Shown here: positions 60,663 to 64,000 of the stretch, piece by piece
Numbering within the stretch: position 1 is the stretch's first letter
How the letters are laid out: each line of letters begins with the position of its first letter
Assembly (NCBI GenBank): GCA_965215515.1
Contig: OZ244057.1
Location: 768,001-832,000, forward strand
Length of the DNA: 64,000 nucleotides
DNA from: Oligoflexales bacterium
GTDB lineage: Bacteria > Bdellovibrionota_B > Oligoflexia > Oligoflexales > JAPPIL01
Direction of reading: 5' to 3'
Notes under the pieces: model-generated
Seen by the model: the letters and a program-made list of their open reading frames with translations, nothing else
Databases searched by the model: none
Told to the model about the DNA's origin: nothing
Position numbers and translations under genes: made by a program

Positions 60663-61514
60663 CTATAGCAACTCCATCAACTCCACCCCTTCAGGTGGCT
60701 CTGCCGTAACGATTGTATAGTCGGAAAACATGCGCACTGGTACAGTAGTGTCGTTGCGCCTCGCCTGAATCAAATCAAACAACTTATGCGCAGGAGCATT
60801 GCCCATTTCGCAGCTGTGCTTAAAAACAAAAAGTTTACGTGCTGCCATCTCGCCACGCGCCGCGGAACGATCGTGCTCAAACATATTTTGCAACGCTTCC
60901 CAAAACAACTGCAAATCATCCTCTGAAAATCCCGTGCTCCCCGCCAGCTTTGCTGACACGTAGCCGTGCACACGATATAAACCATACGGCACTATATGCT
61001 TACGCCCCATCGTGCGCTCCTTCTCCAAATCCTTCTCGTTCGTCACCGCCATGCGGGTAATAGAAACTTCTTGCGGAATAATAGGATCAAGAGATGCAGC
61101 AAAAGCAAACTGTACCGGCCCTCGCACCTGCCCGCAGTTAACCTCCGTTGTCATGACCGCACCAAACGTACGAATATCAAAAAAATTTGCACACATCCAC
61201 GCAGTTAATTCTTTAGCCTGCTCAGTATCCTTGGGCAGTTTTTTTTCCCTTGATTCAATACCCTTAGCTTCATAAGCCTTCTGGTGCTGAAGATTCAGCA
61301 CCGCCTTTTCCGTCACATAAATTTCATTGCCCTGCCCCCCGCGCATCGCTACATAATTACGAATCTTACGTTTTAAACACACATCGGTAACCAACCCCCT
61401 GCTTGTCTCGGGATCGATGCGCGGCATATTGCCCGCATCAGGATCGCCGTTAGGATTGCCGTTAGTGACATCGAAAAAATAGACGAACTCATAGCGATTA
61501 GAAATTGCAGCCAT
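60663..61514 (-). CDS. cas7: Type I-C Cas7/Csd2
   Basis: NGNPNGDPDAGNMPR, TDVCLKRKIRNY, FFDIRTFGAV and FEHDRSAARG motifs. Confidence 0.97.
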   Translation of the reverse strand: MAAISNRYEFVYFFDVTNGNPNGDPDAGNMPRIDPETSRGLVTDVCLKRKIRNYVAMRGGQGNEIYVTEKAVLNLQHQKAYEAKGIESREKKLPKDTEQAKELTAWMCANFFDIRTFGAVMTTEVNCGQVRGPVQFAFAASLDPIIPQEVSITRMAVTNEKDLEKERTMGRKHIVPYGLYRVHGYVSAKLAGSTGFSEDDLQLFWEALQNMFEHDRSAARGEMAARKLFVFKHSCEMGNAPAHKLFDLIQARRNDTTVPVRMFSDYTIVTAEPPEGVELMELL

Positions 61515-61590
61515 CTTAATTGCTCCCCTTATGATAAAAATTAAAAGATTTACCGTATCCTCTGGAATAACCGCCCACGAAACAGACCAT

Positions 61591-64000
<2,410 letters not shown>

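Overview
A mostly core-chromosomal bacterial window. The gene content (membrane-arm-only nuo genes, GP42-type transglutaminase, Zn-finger-less ClpX-like ATPase, several secreted proteases) suggests a Bdellovibrionota/Oligoflexia-like organism, but this is inference only. Housekeeping genes include ndk, plsB, rsgA, greA, purN, fmt, lipB, surE, aroE, nuoA/H/J-N, sdaA, ubiE, coaD and rsmD. RNA genes are a CAT-anticodon tRNA (probably Ile2) and a 6S RNA that the ORF track cannot show. The right end holds a small decayed accessory island (IS3 remnant, SDH/Clp-fold protease, catalytically incomplete recombinase-like protein) and a type I-C CRISPR-Cas locus (33 spacers, cas2-1-4-7-8c-5, running off the edge). 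Most notable observations: (1) three paralogous unknown secreted proteins with a double signal (Sec peptide plus internal Cys-x4-7-Cys lipobox-like segment) flanking a YadGH-type ABC transporter; (2) a 63-bp direct repeat holding the convergent ends of rsgA and a NERD-helicase gene, bracketing an 11.5-kb block that ends in an Rpn nuclease gene, plus a second gene-end duplication at rsmD; (3) an Rpn toxin broken by one in-frame stop while its internally started RpnS-like antitoxin ORF stays intact; (4) an orphan bufferin-type (DUF2282) precursor; (5) scattered copies of one IS3 end; (6) duplicated CRISPR spacers. All calls are from manual motif reading; no searches were run.
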